From contig CACJQT010000001.1 in assembly GCA_902595635.1 (NCBI GenBank), positions 74,438 through 138,437 of the forward strand: DNA of 64,000 bases, read 5' to 3'. The notes under the pieces are model-generated. The model did not search any database. It worked only from the letters and a program-made list of their open reading frames with translations, and was not told the DNA's origin. Positions 39,506 through 48,627 of the stretch are shown here, piece by piece. The position numbers and the translations under genes are program-made. Within the stretch, counting starts at the first letter, position 1; every line of letters begins with the position of its first letter. The stretch comes from an uncultured Pelagibacteraceae bacterium. GTDB taxonomy: Bacteria > Pseudomonadota > Alphaproteobacteria > Pelagibacterales > Pelagibacteraceae.

Positions 39506-39838
39506 CTAAATACATCCACTAGAACTAAATCCGATAATAACCCCTGATGCATTCACCTCAAATTTCCTTTCACAAGGAATTCCATATTTTTTTGTTTTGT
39601 ATATAAGCATTTCATTTCCAAGTTCATTGACAAAATCTTCTGAAGGTGAGCCTAATTCTAATCTCATCTCATTAACTTCTTTTCCAACGAATTGGCCAAA
39701 TTTTTCATTCTCTTTTTCAGCCACTTCATCAGATTTCTTTTTAATTGTTTGGCATCCAGTTAAAAAAATTATTGTTAATGTGATAAACAGAGCAACAAAT
39801 TTTTTTGATAAAGTATTATTTTTAAAAACAATAATCAT
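39506..39838 (-). CDS. Hypothetical lipoprotein
   Basis: Lipobox-like LTGC after a hydrophobic stretch; LG.P motif; two further Cys. Confidence 0.75.
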   Translation of the reverse strand: MIIVFKNNTLSKKFVALFITLTIIFLTGCQTIKKKSDEVAEKENEKFGQFVGKEVNEMRLELGSPSEDFVNELGNEMLIYKTKKYGIPCERKFEVNASGVIIGFSSSGCI

Positions 39839-39976
39839 TAATACATACCTAAAGTTGAATTATGTTAACAATTTGTTCAAAACTTTCATTAAATTGTTTG
39901 AATTTAATACAAATTTGAAAAGATAGGAAATTTTAAAGATTATTGAGTTATTGATTTATTATATTAAAGAAATGCT

Positions 39977-41476
39977 ATGGCAACAGACTTAAGAATATCA
40001 AATATATCAAAAATATATCCAGGATGTATAGCTAATGATAATGTAACTCTTCAGTTTAAAAGTGGAAAAATATACGCACTATTAGGAGAGAACGGAGCTG
40101 GCAAATCCACATTGGTAAAAATTTTGTCTGGTGTGATAAGCCCAGATAATGGTGAGGTTTTTTTAAATGAAAAAAATTTAAAATTAAGCTCTCCACTCGA
40201 TGCCAAAAAAAATAAAATTGGAATGGTTTTTCAGCATTTCAATTTATTTGAAACTTTATCAGTATTTGAAAACTTAAGTATAGATGCAACTGAAGATAAC
40301 AAAAGTTTAAGGGTAAGAATAAATGAAATATTTAAAAAATATAACTTTAGTATTGACCTTGATGTTCCTGTATTAAATTTATCAGCAGGACAAAAGCAAA
40401 AAGTTGAGATTATAAGATGTCTTTTAAGAAGCCCTAAAGTTCTTATCATGGACGAGCCTACATCTGTTTTGACTGAGCAAGAAACAGAGGAATTATTTAT
40501 ATCTTTAAAAAAATTCTGTGATGAAGGAATATTAATTATTTACATCACTCACAAACTAAAAGAAGTTTTGTCTTTGTGCGATGAAGTTGCAGTAATGCGA
40601 AAAGGTAAGGTCGTATCTGTCAGCCAAACACAAAATGAAAAAGTTGAAACTCTCGCAAATAAGATGGTTGGTCAAAAACTAGCAAAAATTAAGAAAAAAA
40701 TTAATATTTCCAAAAATAAAGATGAGATATTTAAAGTAAAACATTTAAATTTTTATAGCGATGATCCTTTTGAAACAAATTTAGTTAATCTAAATTTTTC
40801 TGTAAAGAAAGGAGAATGTTTAGGTATAGCAGGTATTTCTGGCAATGGTCAAAACGAGCTCTTTCAAATTTTGAGTGGGGAAATAATTACACCTGATACA
40901 TCAATCATTTTTCGAAATAAAGAAATTGCTAAACTAAATCCAAAGCAACGACGAGAGTATTTAATGGCTTTTTCTCCTGAAGATAGAATATCTCAAGCAG
41001 CTGTACCTGAATTAAAAATATATGAAAATGTAGCTTTAAATAATTTCAAGTCATCAAATTTTTTTGAAAAAGGTTTGGTAAATGAAAGAAAAATTAAAGA
41101 GCATTCTAAGAAAATATTATCTGATTTCTCAGTAAATACTGACAATGTAGAATTAAAAAGTCAATTTCTATCGGGTGGAAATTTGCAAAAACTTATTTTA
41201 GGGAGGGAATTAATTACAGCTCCGGAATTATTAATTTGTTACAATCCAACATGGGGGCTGGATGTGGGTGCAATCAATTATATTCACGAAACACTTATAA
41301 AAATTAATGATCGAGAAAAATCAACGATTTTGATTTCTACAGACACGGAGGAATTATTAAAACTCAGTGATAGAATTGCAGTTATTTACAAAGGCAAGCT
41401 TTCAAAAATAATGCCTTCAGAAGAAGTGACTCCAGAAAAATTAGGAGTTCTAATGGGAGGAGGTTCCATTGATTAA
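39977..41476 (+). CDS. ABC transporter ATP-binding protein (CUT2/nucleoside type, two NBDs)
   Basis: GENGAGKST, MVFQHF, DEPTSVLT, LSGGNLQK and PTWGLDVGA motifs. Confidence 0.93.
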   Translation: MATDLRISNISKIYPGCIANDNVTLQFKSGKIYALLGENGAGKSTLVKILSGVISPDNGEVFLNEKNLKLSSPLDAKKNKIGMVFQHFNLFETLSVFENLSIDATEDNKSLRVRINEIFKKYNFSIDLDVPVLNLSAGQKQKVEIIRCLLRSPKVLIMDEPTSVLTEQETEELFISLKKFCDEGILIIYITHKLKEVLSLCDEVAVMRKGKVVSVSQTQNEKVETLANKMVGQKLAKIKKKINISKNKDEIFKVKHLNFYSDDPFETNLVNLNFSVKKGECLGIAGISGNGQNELFQILSGEIITPDTSIIFRNKEIAKLNPKQRREYLMAFSPEDRISQAAVPELKIYENVALNNFKSSNFFEKGLVNERKIKEHSKKILSDFSVNTDNVELKSQFLSGGNLQKLILGRELITAPELLICYNPTWGLDVGAINYIHETLIKINDREKSTILISTDTEELLKLSDRIAVIYKGKLSKIMPSEEVTPEKLGVLMGGGSID

Positions 41477-42548
41477 AATTGAAAAAAGAAATGATGTACC
41501 AATGGCATTATATTTTTTTACTCCTTTTATTGCAATCATACTTACAATTTTAGGTGGTGGTATAATTTTTTATATTTTAGGTTTTAATCCAATAGAAGCA
41601 CTGAAGTTTTACTTTATAACTCCAATTTCAAATTTATATGGCCTCAGTGAATTGTTACTCAAAGCAACACCCCTTTGCTTAATTGCTATTGGTTTATCTT
41701 TTTGTTTTAAAAGTAATAATTGGAATATTGGTGCAGAAGGACAATTAACTTTTGGTGCAATTGTAGGAGGTGGAGTTGCTCTTTTATTTTATAATCAAGA
41801 AGGTTTTTATATACTACCTTTAGTTATACTTGCTGGAGCAATCGGGGGAATGATCTTTGCACTTATCCCAGCAATCCTTAAAACATATTTTAATACAAAC
41901 GAGATTTTAGTTAGTCTTATGTTGGTTTACGTTTCAAAGCTACTCTTAGATTACTTAGTAGTTGGGCCATGGAGCAATCCTGAAGGTTTTAATTTTCCTG
42001 AAACTAGACAATTTAGTGACTCATCTAGAATGCCATTATTATTTGAGGGTTTAAGAATTCATGCTGGTATTTTTTTAGCCCTTGCAGCAGTTATGCTGAG
42101 TTGGTTTATTCTTTATAAAACCTATTTAGGCTTTCAGATTAAAGTATCTGGTCTAAGTTTAAAAACTGCTAAGTATGCTGGGTTTAAAGGAAAAACCATG
42201 ATTTTGGTTGTTTTTATGATTAGTGGTGCTTGTGCGGGATTAGCTGGAGTTGGTGAAATTACTGGGCCTATCGGACAACTGCATAGAATGATATCCCCCG
42301 ATTACGGTTTTACAGCAATTATTGTTGCTTTTTTAGGTCGTCTTAATCCTTTTGGCATAATTTTTGCATCTTTGGTTGTTGCATTGACATACCTCGGTGC
42401 TGAAACGGCTCAAATCTTTTTACAAATACCAAAATATACTGGCCAAGTCTTTCAGGGTATGATCTTATTTTTTTTGCTCGCATCTGATTATTTGCTTTTT
42501 TTCAAAGTTAAAATTTTAAATTTAAAAAAAAATGAGCTTAGACATTAG
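41469..42548 (+). CDS. ABC transporter permease (purine/nucleoside type)
   Basis: WNIGAEGQ, NEILVSLML and GFTAIIVAFLGRLNP motifs. Confidence 0.92.
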   Translation: MIKIEKRNDVPMALYFFTPFIAIILTILGGGIIFYILGFNPIEALKFYFITPISNLYGLSELLLKATPLCLIAIGLSFCFKSNNWNIGAEGQLTFGAIVGGGVALLFYNQEGFYILPLVILAGAIGGMIFALIPAILKTYFNTNEILVSLMLVYVSKLLLDYLVVGPWSNPEGFNFPETRQFSDSSRMPLLFEGLRIHAGIFLALAAVMLSWFILYKTYLGFQIKVSGLSLKTAKYAGFKGKTMILVVFMISGACAGLAGVGEITGPIGQLHRMISPDYGFTAIIVAFLGRLNPFGIIFASLVVALTYLGAETAQIFLQIPKYTGQVFQGMILFFLLASDYLLFFKVKILNLKKNELRH

Positions 42549-43464
42549 TTTTATAGGAATTCTGATAGGATCAATAATGGCTTCATCTGTACCATTAATA
42601 CTTGCTGCGTCAGGTGAATTAATTACTGAAAGATCGGGCGTTTTAAATTTAGGTGTCGAAGGAATGATGATAATCGGAGCAATATCTGGTTTTGCTTTAA
42701 TGGTAATAACAGACAACCTTTTTATAGCAATCGTAGGCTCAATGTTCTCAGGAGTTATAATTTCACTGATCTTTGGATTTTTAACGCAATCTCTTCTTAC
42801 AAACCATGTTGCAACAGGCTTGGCATTAACTATTTTTGGCATTGGTTTATCCGCAATGTTAGGAAAAAATTTTGTTGGTATCCCTGGAAAAGAATTTCCA
42901 ATTTTATTTTCAAGTTTAAGAGAAAGTATTCCGTTTTTTGGACCAATATTATTTGGACACTCAATAGTATTATATTTTGCTTTTGCTTTACCATTTTTAA
43001 CTAATTATTTTTTGAAAAAAACTAAATTAGGTTTAGTTGTTAGAGCTGTTGGCGATTCGCCCGTTTCGGCATCCAATCAAGGTATAAATGTTACTCTGGT
43101 TAGATACTGTTGTATTCTTTATGGAGGAGCTATGTGTGGCTTAGCAGGTGCATATCTATCATTAATATACACTCCACAGTGGATTGAAAATATGACAGCT
43201 GGAAGAGGATGGATAGCTTTGGCTTTGGTTGTATTTGCAACCTGGAGTCCTATAAAAGTTTTAATTGGTGCTTTAATTTTTGGTGGGATTACAATTCTAC
43301 AATTACATATGCAAGCAATTGGCTTTAGAATACCAGTTCAATTTTTAAGTGCATTACCTTATCTGATGACAATAATAGTTTTAGTTGTAATCTCTCGTGA
43401 CAGTAGAAAAATAAAACTGAATACCCCAACCTCCTTAGGAAGAATATTCTATAAGGAAAAGTGA
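42532..43464 (+). CDS. ABC transporter permease (purine/nucleoside type)
   Basis: ERSGVLNLGVEGMM, AGRGWIALA and LPYL motifs. Confidence 0.92.
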   Translation: MSLDISFIGILIGSIMASSVPLILAASGELITERSGVLNLGVEGMMIIGAISGFALMVITDNLFIAIVGSMFSGVIISLIFGFLTQSLLTNHVATGLALTIFGIGLSAMLGKNFVGIPGKEFPILFSSLRESIPFFGPILFGHSIVLYFAFALPFLTNYFLKKTKLGLVVRAVGDSPVSASNQGINVTLVRYCCILYGGAMCGLAGAYLSLIYTPQWIENMTAGRGWIALALVVFATWSPIKVLIGALIFGGITILQLHMQAIGFRIPVQFLSALPYLMTIIVLVVISRDSRKIKLNTPTSLGRIFYKEK

Positions 43465-43551
43465 TGTGAGCTATTCGAAAATAATTATTTTTTTTTTTTG
43501 AATTTTGATTAACTTAAAGCTTCACAAAAAAATTTAAAGGGGAAATTCAAA

Positions 43552-44616
43552 ATGTATAAAAACTTTTTTAAATATTTAATTTCTGCAATTTTTCTACTTG
43601 GGTTTAGTGTAAACTCAAATGCAGATTTTAAAGTTGGTTTTGTCTATGTTGGCCCAACTGGTGACCATGGATGGACATTTCAACATCACGAAGGTAGAAA
43701 CGCTGTAGAGGCAGCTGGAATAAAAACAACATTTGTTGAAAGTGTTCCAGAAGGTGCTGATGCAGAAAGAGTGATAAGACAACTGGCTCAATCTGGCCAC
43801 GACTTAATTTTTACAACTAGTTTTGGATATATGGATCCAACTAACAAAGTTGCAAAAGATTTTCCAAATGTAAAATTTGAACACGCAACAGGTTATAAGA
43901 GAGAACACTCAAATGTTTCTACTTATTCTGCAAGATTTTACGAAGGAAGAACTCTTTTAGGCCATATTGCTGGAAAAATGACTAAAACTAACACGATTGG
44001 CTATATTGCATCTTTTCCAATTCCTGAAGTAATAAGAGGAATTAACGCAATGACTCTTGCTGCACAAAAGGTCAATCCAAATATTAAAACTAAGATTGTA
44101 TGGGTGTTTACTTGGTACGATCCAGGTAAAGAAGCTGAAGCAGCGCAAGCTTTAATCGATCAAGGTGCAGATGTAATTATGCAACATACAGATAGTACAG
44201 CACCAGTTCAAACAGCAGAGAAAGCAGGTGTATGGTCATTTGGTCAAGCAAGTGATATGCAGAGATTTGCTCCTAAATCAATTTTGACTTCAATTATAGA
44301 TGATTGGGCACCATATTATGTTGAAAGAGCTATTGCTGCAAGAGACGGCACATGGAATCAACAAGACACATGGCATGGATTAAAGGAAGGTATGGTAGCT
44401 ATGGGACCATATAATTCTGCAATGGGTGCTGACTTAGTTAAAGAAGTAGAGCAGCTTCAAAAAGATCTAGCATCAGGAAAAGTTCATTCGTTCACAGGTC
44501 CTATATATGACCAAAAAGGTAATATATTAGTAGCAGAAGGGAAAGTTGCTGATGATGGAATGTTAGCTGGAATGAGTGTTTATGTAAAAGGTGTTGAAGG
44601 AGATATTCCAAAATAA
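43552..44616 (+). CDS. BMP family ABC substrate-binding protein (purine/nucleoside-binding type)
   Basis: GFVYVGP.GDHGW, TSFGY, IPEVIRGINA, WYDP.KE and QHTDS motifs; signal peptide. Confidence 0.92.
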   Translation: MYKNFFKYLISAIFLLGFSVNSNADFKVGFVYVGPTGDHGWTFQHHEGRNAVEAAGIKTTFVESVPEGADAERVIRQLAQSGHDLIFTTSFGYMDPTNKVAKDFPNVKFEHATGYKREHSNVSTYSARFYEGRTLLGHIAGKMTKTNTIGYIASFPIPEVIRGINAMTLAAQKVNPNIKTKIVWVFTWYDPGKEAEAAQALIDQGADVIMQHTDSTAPVQTAEKAGVWSFGQASDMQRFAPKSILTSIIDDWAPYYVERAIAARDGTWNQQDTWHGLKEGMVAMGPYNSAMGADLVKEVEQLQKDLASGKVHSFTGPIYDQKGNILVAEGKVADDGMLAGMSVYVKGVEGDIPK

Positions 44617-44632
44617 TTTTTAAAAAAAAATT

Positions 44633-44675
44633 AAAAAGGCCAACTCATATAAACTATATGAGTTGGCCTTTTTTT
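44633..44675. terminator. Bidirectional Rho-independent terminator
   Basis: Perfect 19-bp stem AAAAAGGCCAACTCATATA-aac-TATATGAGTTGGCCTTTTT between convergent genes. Confidence 0.95.
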
Positions 44676-45196
44676 TATGAATGTTTTTTCTTTAAACCAT
44701 TAATATCTATTTCATCATAATATTCTGAAGGTTGAACTATCCAAGGATCTCCATCTAGTAAAATTGGACAAAAATCTGGAGTAAAAGAAGAGGATTTTTT
44801 TTTCCAAAGACAAGCTGTTTTTATTTCTTGAATATGGTTTTTCACTGGAGCATAATTTTTTAACCATTTAATACTTTCATTTAATGTAAGTCCAGTATCA
44901 GATAAATCATCAACTAATAAAACATTTTTAAAGTCTTCATTTTTAGCTATTGAGCTTATGTCTCTTGCAAAAATAAGTTCGCCCTGTTTATTTTCTACAG
45001 TTTCTCCAGAATAACTTTGAATAACAACATAAGCAGTGGGCAATTTAAATATTCTTGATAGCATATCAATTATAGGTGCTGCACCCCTCATTATTCCGAC
45101 TAAAACAGATGGTTTGTAATTTTTTTCAATTGTAAGAGCTAACTTTTCAACTGCTAATTTATAATCTTCATAATTGATTATTAATTTTTCTGCCAT
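44675..45196 (-). CDS. Type I phosphoribosyltransferase (purine salvage, Gpt/Hpt-like)
   Basis: GIMRGA, IQSY, VLLVDDLSDTGLTL PRPP loop and WIVQP; start is 45196 or 45211. Confidence 0.85.
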   Translation of the reverse strand: MAEKLIINYEDYKLAVEKLALTIEKNYKPSVLVGIMRGAAPIIDMLSRIFKLPTAYVVIQSYSGETVENKQGELIFARDISSIAKNEDFKNVLLVDDLSDTGLTLNESIKWLKNYAPVKNHIQEIKTACLWKKKSSSFTPDFCPILLDGDPWIVQPSEYYDEIDINGLKKKHS

Positions 45197-45238
45197 AAAA
45201 TTTGGTAACATAAAAAAAAAAAATTAAAAAGGAGAATT

Positions 45239-45529
45239 ATGAAAGGTTACTGGATTGCAACTTACAGTGAAATTAAAGACCCTGAAAGAATGAAAAAATA
45301 TGCAGATAAAGCAAAGGAAGCTGTATTAAAACATTCTGGAAAAATTTTAGCTCGAAGTGCTAATAACATTGCACTTGAGGGTAGAGAAATGGTTAGAATA
45401 GCACTTGCAGAGTTCCCAGACGTGGAAACTGCAAAAAAATGCTACGACTCTGAAGAATATGTTGAGGCAAGAACATATCTTAAAGATAATGTAATTAGAG
45501 AACATATGATATTTGAAGGAATGGAATAA
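45239..45529 (+). CDS. DUF1330 family protein
   Basis: MKGYW, G..LAR, EFP....A..CY.S.EY and EG; SD AAGGAG. Confidence 0.88.
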   Translation: MKGYWIATYSEIKDPERMKKYADKAKEAVLKHSGKILARSANNIALEGREMVRIALAEFPDVETAKKCYDSEEYVEARTYLKDNVIREHMIFEGME

Positions 45530-45547
45530 CTTAGAAAAGGGGCAAAT

Positions 45548-45844
45548 ATGAAGGCATATTGGGTGAGTTTGTATACAGAGATTTCAGATCAAGATAACAT
45601 AAAAAAATATGGTGAAAATGCAATACCAGTTATAAAAAAATTTGGTGGTACTCCTGTAGTTAGAGGAGGCAAACTAAAATATTATAGTGGTGACAAAATA
45701 TTAAGGACCGTCATTTGGGAATTTCCCAGTTATGACATGGCCATATCTTGTCATGACTCAGAAGATTATTTAAAAGCTTGGTCTTATGCAGAACAAACTA
45801 CAAAAAGACATATGTTTATTGTGGAGGGTGCTAATACTGAATAG
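45548..45844 (+). CDS. DUF1330 family protein (tandem paralog)
   Basis: MKAYW, GG..VVRGG, EFPS...A..C..S.DY and IVEG. Confidence 0.88.
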   Translation: MKAYWVSLYTEISDQDNIKKYGENAIPVIKKFGGTPVVRGGKLKYYSGDKILRTVIWEFPSYDMAISCHDSEDYLKAWSYAEQTTKRHMFIVEGANTE

Positions 45845-46457
45845 TATCGTCATCAATTGAACGCCACAAATACCAAGTGGCAACAGAGCAGTATGGAGAA
45901 AATCTTTTTTGAAGCTTTTTTACAAAAATTTCAGGTGGAAAATATTTTTTTTTATAGTTGTTTGATATTGCTCTTAATAACCCAATATCCTGAACTGGCC
46001 AGATATTAGACCTATTATAAGTAAATAACAAAATCATCTCTGCTGACCATCTTCCAATTTGTCTTAAAGTTGATAGGTATACAATTGCTTCTTCATCGCT
46101 CATTTTCGAAATTAATTTTGGATTAAAACTTTTATCTTTAAATTTTTGAGACATTTCCAAGATACCCCTTATTTTTTGACGACTAAGACCGCATTTTTTA
46201 AGTTGTGATGTTTTAAGCTTTGAAACAATTTTTGGATTAATTTTTTTTTTACATGCCAATTCAAATTTTTTGAAGACAGAGTCTGCGGCAGCAACACTTA
46301 TTTGTTGTCCTATTATACTTTTACATAAAGAATAAAAGACATCTTTTCTAGTAGTTAAATTATTATCTTTATATTTTTTAATCAATGATCTCATAATACT
46401 ATCTTTTTTTGAAAGATATGTTCTAGCTTTTTTCCAATATGTTGGTGCCTTACTCAT
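45831..46457 (-). CDS. alkA: DNA-3-methyladenine glycosylase II (HhH-GPD family)
   Basis: IIGQQIS, GLSRQK, IGRWSAEM, P..DIG and PY.SVA.WYLW motifs. Confidence 0.88.
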   Translation of the reverse strand: MSKAPTYWKKARTYLSKKDSIMRSLIKKYKDNNLTTRKDVFYSLCKSIIGQQISVAAADSVFKKFELACKKKINPKIVSKLKTSQLKKCGLSRQKIRGILEMSQKFKDKSFNPKLISKMSDEEAIVYLSTLRQIGRWSAEMILLFTYNRSNIWPVQDIGLLRAISNNYKKKYFPPEIFVKKLQKRFSPYCSVATWYLWRSIDDDTIQY

Positions 46458-47331
46458 TTCTACTTACCGTTACTTGTTTATTTAAATATATTTCTCTTCG
46501 AAATATAATGATTGATGATATTATTACCAGTGAAGCACCCATCAATGTTTTAATTGTGGGAATTTCATCCCAAATAAAATATCCAAAAGATATTGCAAAT
46601 ATTAATCCTAAATATTTAAGAGGTGTAACCAGAGAAACCTCGGATAATTTATATGATTGACTTAATAATAAATTAGCTGTTCCTCCCAACAAGCCAATTG
46701 TACATAATAGTAAGAAATCATTAAAAGTTGGCATTATCCATCCAAATGGTATTGATAAAACTCCAACAATTGTAATTGCAAAAGAAAAAAAGAATGAGAT
46801 CAACCAGACTGGTTCTGTGGATGAAAGTTTTCTAATTGTAATTGCAACGTAAGACATTCCAATACAAAAGATTATTGGAAATAAATAATAAATATTTAAG
46901 CTAGAAAATCCTGGTTGGGTAATTACTAAAACACCAATAAAACCAACAAATACTGCGGCCCATCTATATACTCCTACTTTCTCACTTAGTAAAAATATTG
47001 ATAGCAAAGTTGTAAATATAGGTGCAGCAAATGAAATACTTGTCACTGTTGCAAGTGGTAGGTTTCTTAGTGCCAAAAATATTGCAGCTAAAGCTATCAG
47101 TCCTGAACAACATCTTATTAAATGTAATCCTGGTCTATTTGTTTTGTAAAAATCTCTAAATCTTGTCTTAGGAACTAGAAAAATTATTGGCAAAATACCA
47201 AATAGACCTCTAAAGAACATTACCTGTCCAATTGGATAATCTGATGACCACTTGACTATTACATCCATAAATGAAAAGGCACATATTGATAAAAACATGT
47301 AAAAAAAGCCTAATTGATTTTTGGAAAGCAT
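46450..47331 (-). CDS. DMT/EamA family transporter
   Basis: About 10 TM helices; F.API, L.EKVG..RW.AV..GF.GVL...PG and WDE.P motifs. Confidence 0.9.
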   Translation of the reverse strand: MLSKNQLGFFYMFLSICAFSFMDVIVKWSSDYPIGQVMFFRGLFGILPIIFLVPKTRFRDFYKTNRPGLHLIRCCSGLIALAAIFLALRNLPLATVTSISFAAPIFTTLLSIFLLSEKVGVYRWAAVFVGFIGVLVITQPGFSSLNIYYLFPIIFCIGMSYVAITIRKLSSTEPVWLISFFFSFAITIVGVLSIPFGWIMPTFNDFLLLCTIGLLGGTANLLLSQSYKLSEVSLVTPLKYLGLIFAISFGYFIWDEIPTIKTLMGASLVIISSIIIFRREIYLNKQVTVSRNE

Positions 47332-47365
47332 GATAATAACTTTAGATTAATTAAAATTTTTAGCA

Positions 47366-47812
47366 ATGGAAATAGCAACTTTAGCACTTGGATGTTTTTG
47401 GGGACCCGAAATAAAATTTAGCAAGTTAGATGGAGTAATAAATACAGAGGTTGGATATTGTGGAGGTAAAACTGAGAAGACATCTTATAAAGAAGTATGT
47501 TATGGTGACACCAATCACGCAGAAGTAGTTAAAGTTGAATTTGACAATAATAAAATTTCTTATGAGGAAATAATAAGAAATTTTTTTGAATTTCATGATC
47601 CAACTACTTTAAACCGGCAAGGTCCAGATGTAGGTACTCAGTATAGAAGTGAAATATTTGTTCATGATGAAAATCAAAATAAAATCGCTAACAAAGTATT
47701 GAAAGAAATTAACGAAAAATTTAAGGGTAAAATCGTTACCAAAATATCTAAATCAAAAAATTATAACAAAGCTGAAGATTATCATCAGAAATATTTGGAA
47801 AAAAGTTTCTAA
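47366..47812 (+). CDS. msrA: Peptide methionine (S)-sulfoxide reductase
   Basis: GCFWG, HAEVV, HDPT..NRQG.D.GTQYRS and AEDYHQ.Y motifs. Confidence 0.96.
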   Translation: MEIATLALGCFWGPEIKFSKLDGVINTEVGYCGGKTEKTSYKEVCYGDTNHAEVVKVEFDNNKISYEEIIRNFFEFHDPTTLNRQGPDVGTQYRSEIFVHDENQNKIANKVLKEINEKFKGKIVTKISKSKNYNKAEDYHQKYLEKSF

Positions 47813-48624
47813 TGTCACTTATATCAACTGAGTGGCTAGAAAAAAATCTCTCAAATGTAAAAATAATTGATGGCTCTTGGCATATGCCTGCAACAAATAG
47901 AAGTGGTAAAGAAGAATTTAATAAAGAGCATATACCAAATGCAATTTTTTTTGATATCGACAAAAATTGTAATAAATCAACCGACTTACCACATATGTTA
48001 ACGGATATTAGTTCGTGGGAAAATGTACTATCATCTATGGGCATATCTAACGAAGACGAAATTGTGATTTATGATAATTCTGATGTTTTAAGTGCTTGTA
48101 GAGTATGGTTTAATTTAATTTACTTTGGCCATGATAAAAAGAAAGTACATGTTTTAGATGGAGGTTTTAATAAATGGAAAAAAGAAAAAAGAATTACCTC
48201 TGCTAATAATATAATTATTCAAACTACTAGCTATAAAGCAAAAGAAAATAATGGAATGGTTAAGATCAAAGATCAGATTGACCAAAATATAATTAAAAAA
48301 AAATTTGATTTAGTTGATGCGAGAAGCAAAGATCGTTTTAATGGTACAACTCCAGACCCAAGAAAAAATGTAAGAAGTGGTTCAATACCTAATTCAATCT
48401 GCTTACCGTTTAAAACTCTTATCAATGACGATTTTACTTTTAAAAGTAAATCTGAAATTTCTTCTTATTTTAAAGATTTATCTTTAAATGACCCAGTAAA
48501 TGTAGTGTTTTCGTGCGGTTCTGGGATCACAGCATGTGTTTTGGCACTTGCATATTCTCAAGTAAATAATAAGTATCTTCCAGTCATTTATGATGGTTCA
48601 TGGGCTGAATATGGTAAAATATAA
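47812..48624 (+). CDS. sseA: 3-mercaptopyruvate sulfurtransferase (tandem rhodanese)
   Basis: HIPNA.FFDID, LPHM, DARS..RF.G..P.PR, active-site CGSGITA and YDGSWAEY. Confidence 0.9.
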   Translation: MSLISTEWLEKNLSNVKIIDGSWHMPATNRSGKEEFNKEHIPNAIFFDIDKNCNKSTDLPHMLTDISSWENVLSSMGISNEDEIVIYDNSDVLSACRVWFNLIYFGHDKKKVHVLDGGFNKWKKEKRITSANNIIIQTTSYKAKENNGMVKIKDQIDQNIIKKKFDLVDARSKDRFNGTTPDPRKNVRSGSIPNSICLPFKTLINDDFTFKSKSEISSYFKDLSLNDPVNVVFSCGSGITACVLALAYSQVNNKYLPVIYDGSWAEYGKI

Positions 48625-48627
48625 AAT

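Noticed and set aside
44622-44640. A-tract-TT-AAAAAGG string recurring near 20477, 43525, 44622 and 45212
   Set aside because: Low-complexity sequence belonging to terminators or RBS regions; expected at this AT content
47390-47404. Selenocysteine or recoding at the MsrA active site
   Set aside because: The codon is TGT (Cys); no in-frame TGA
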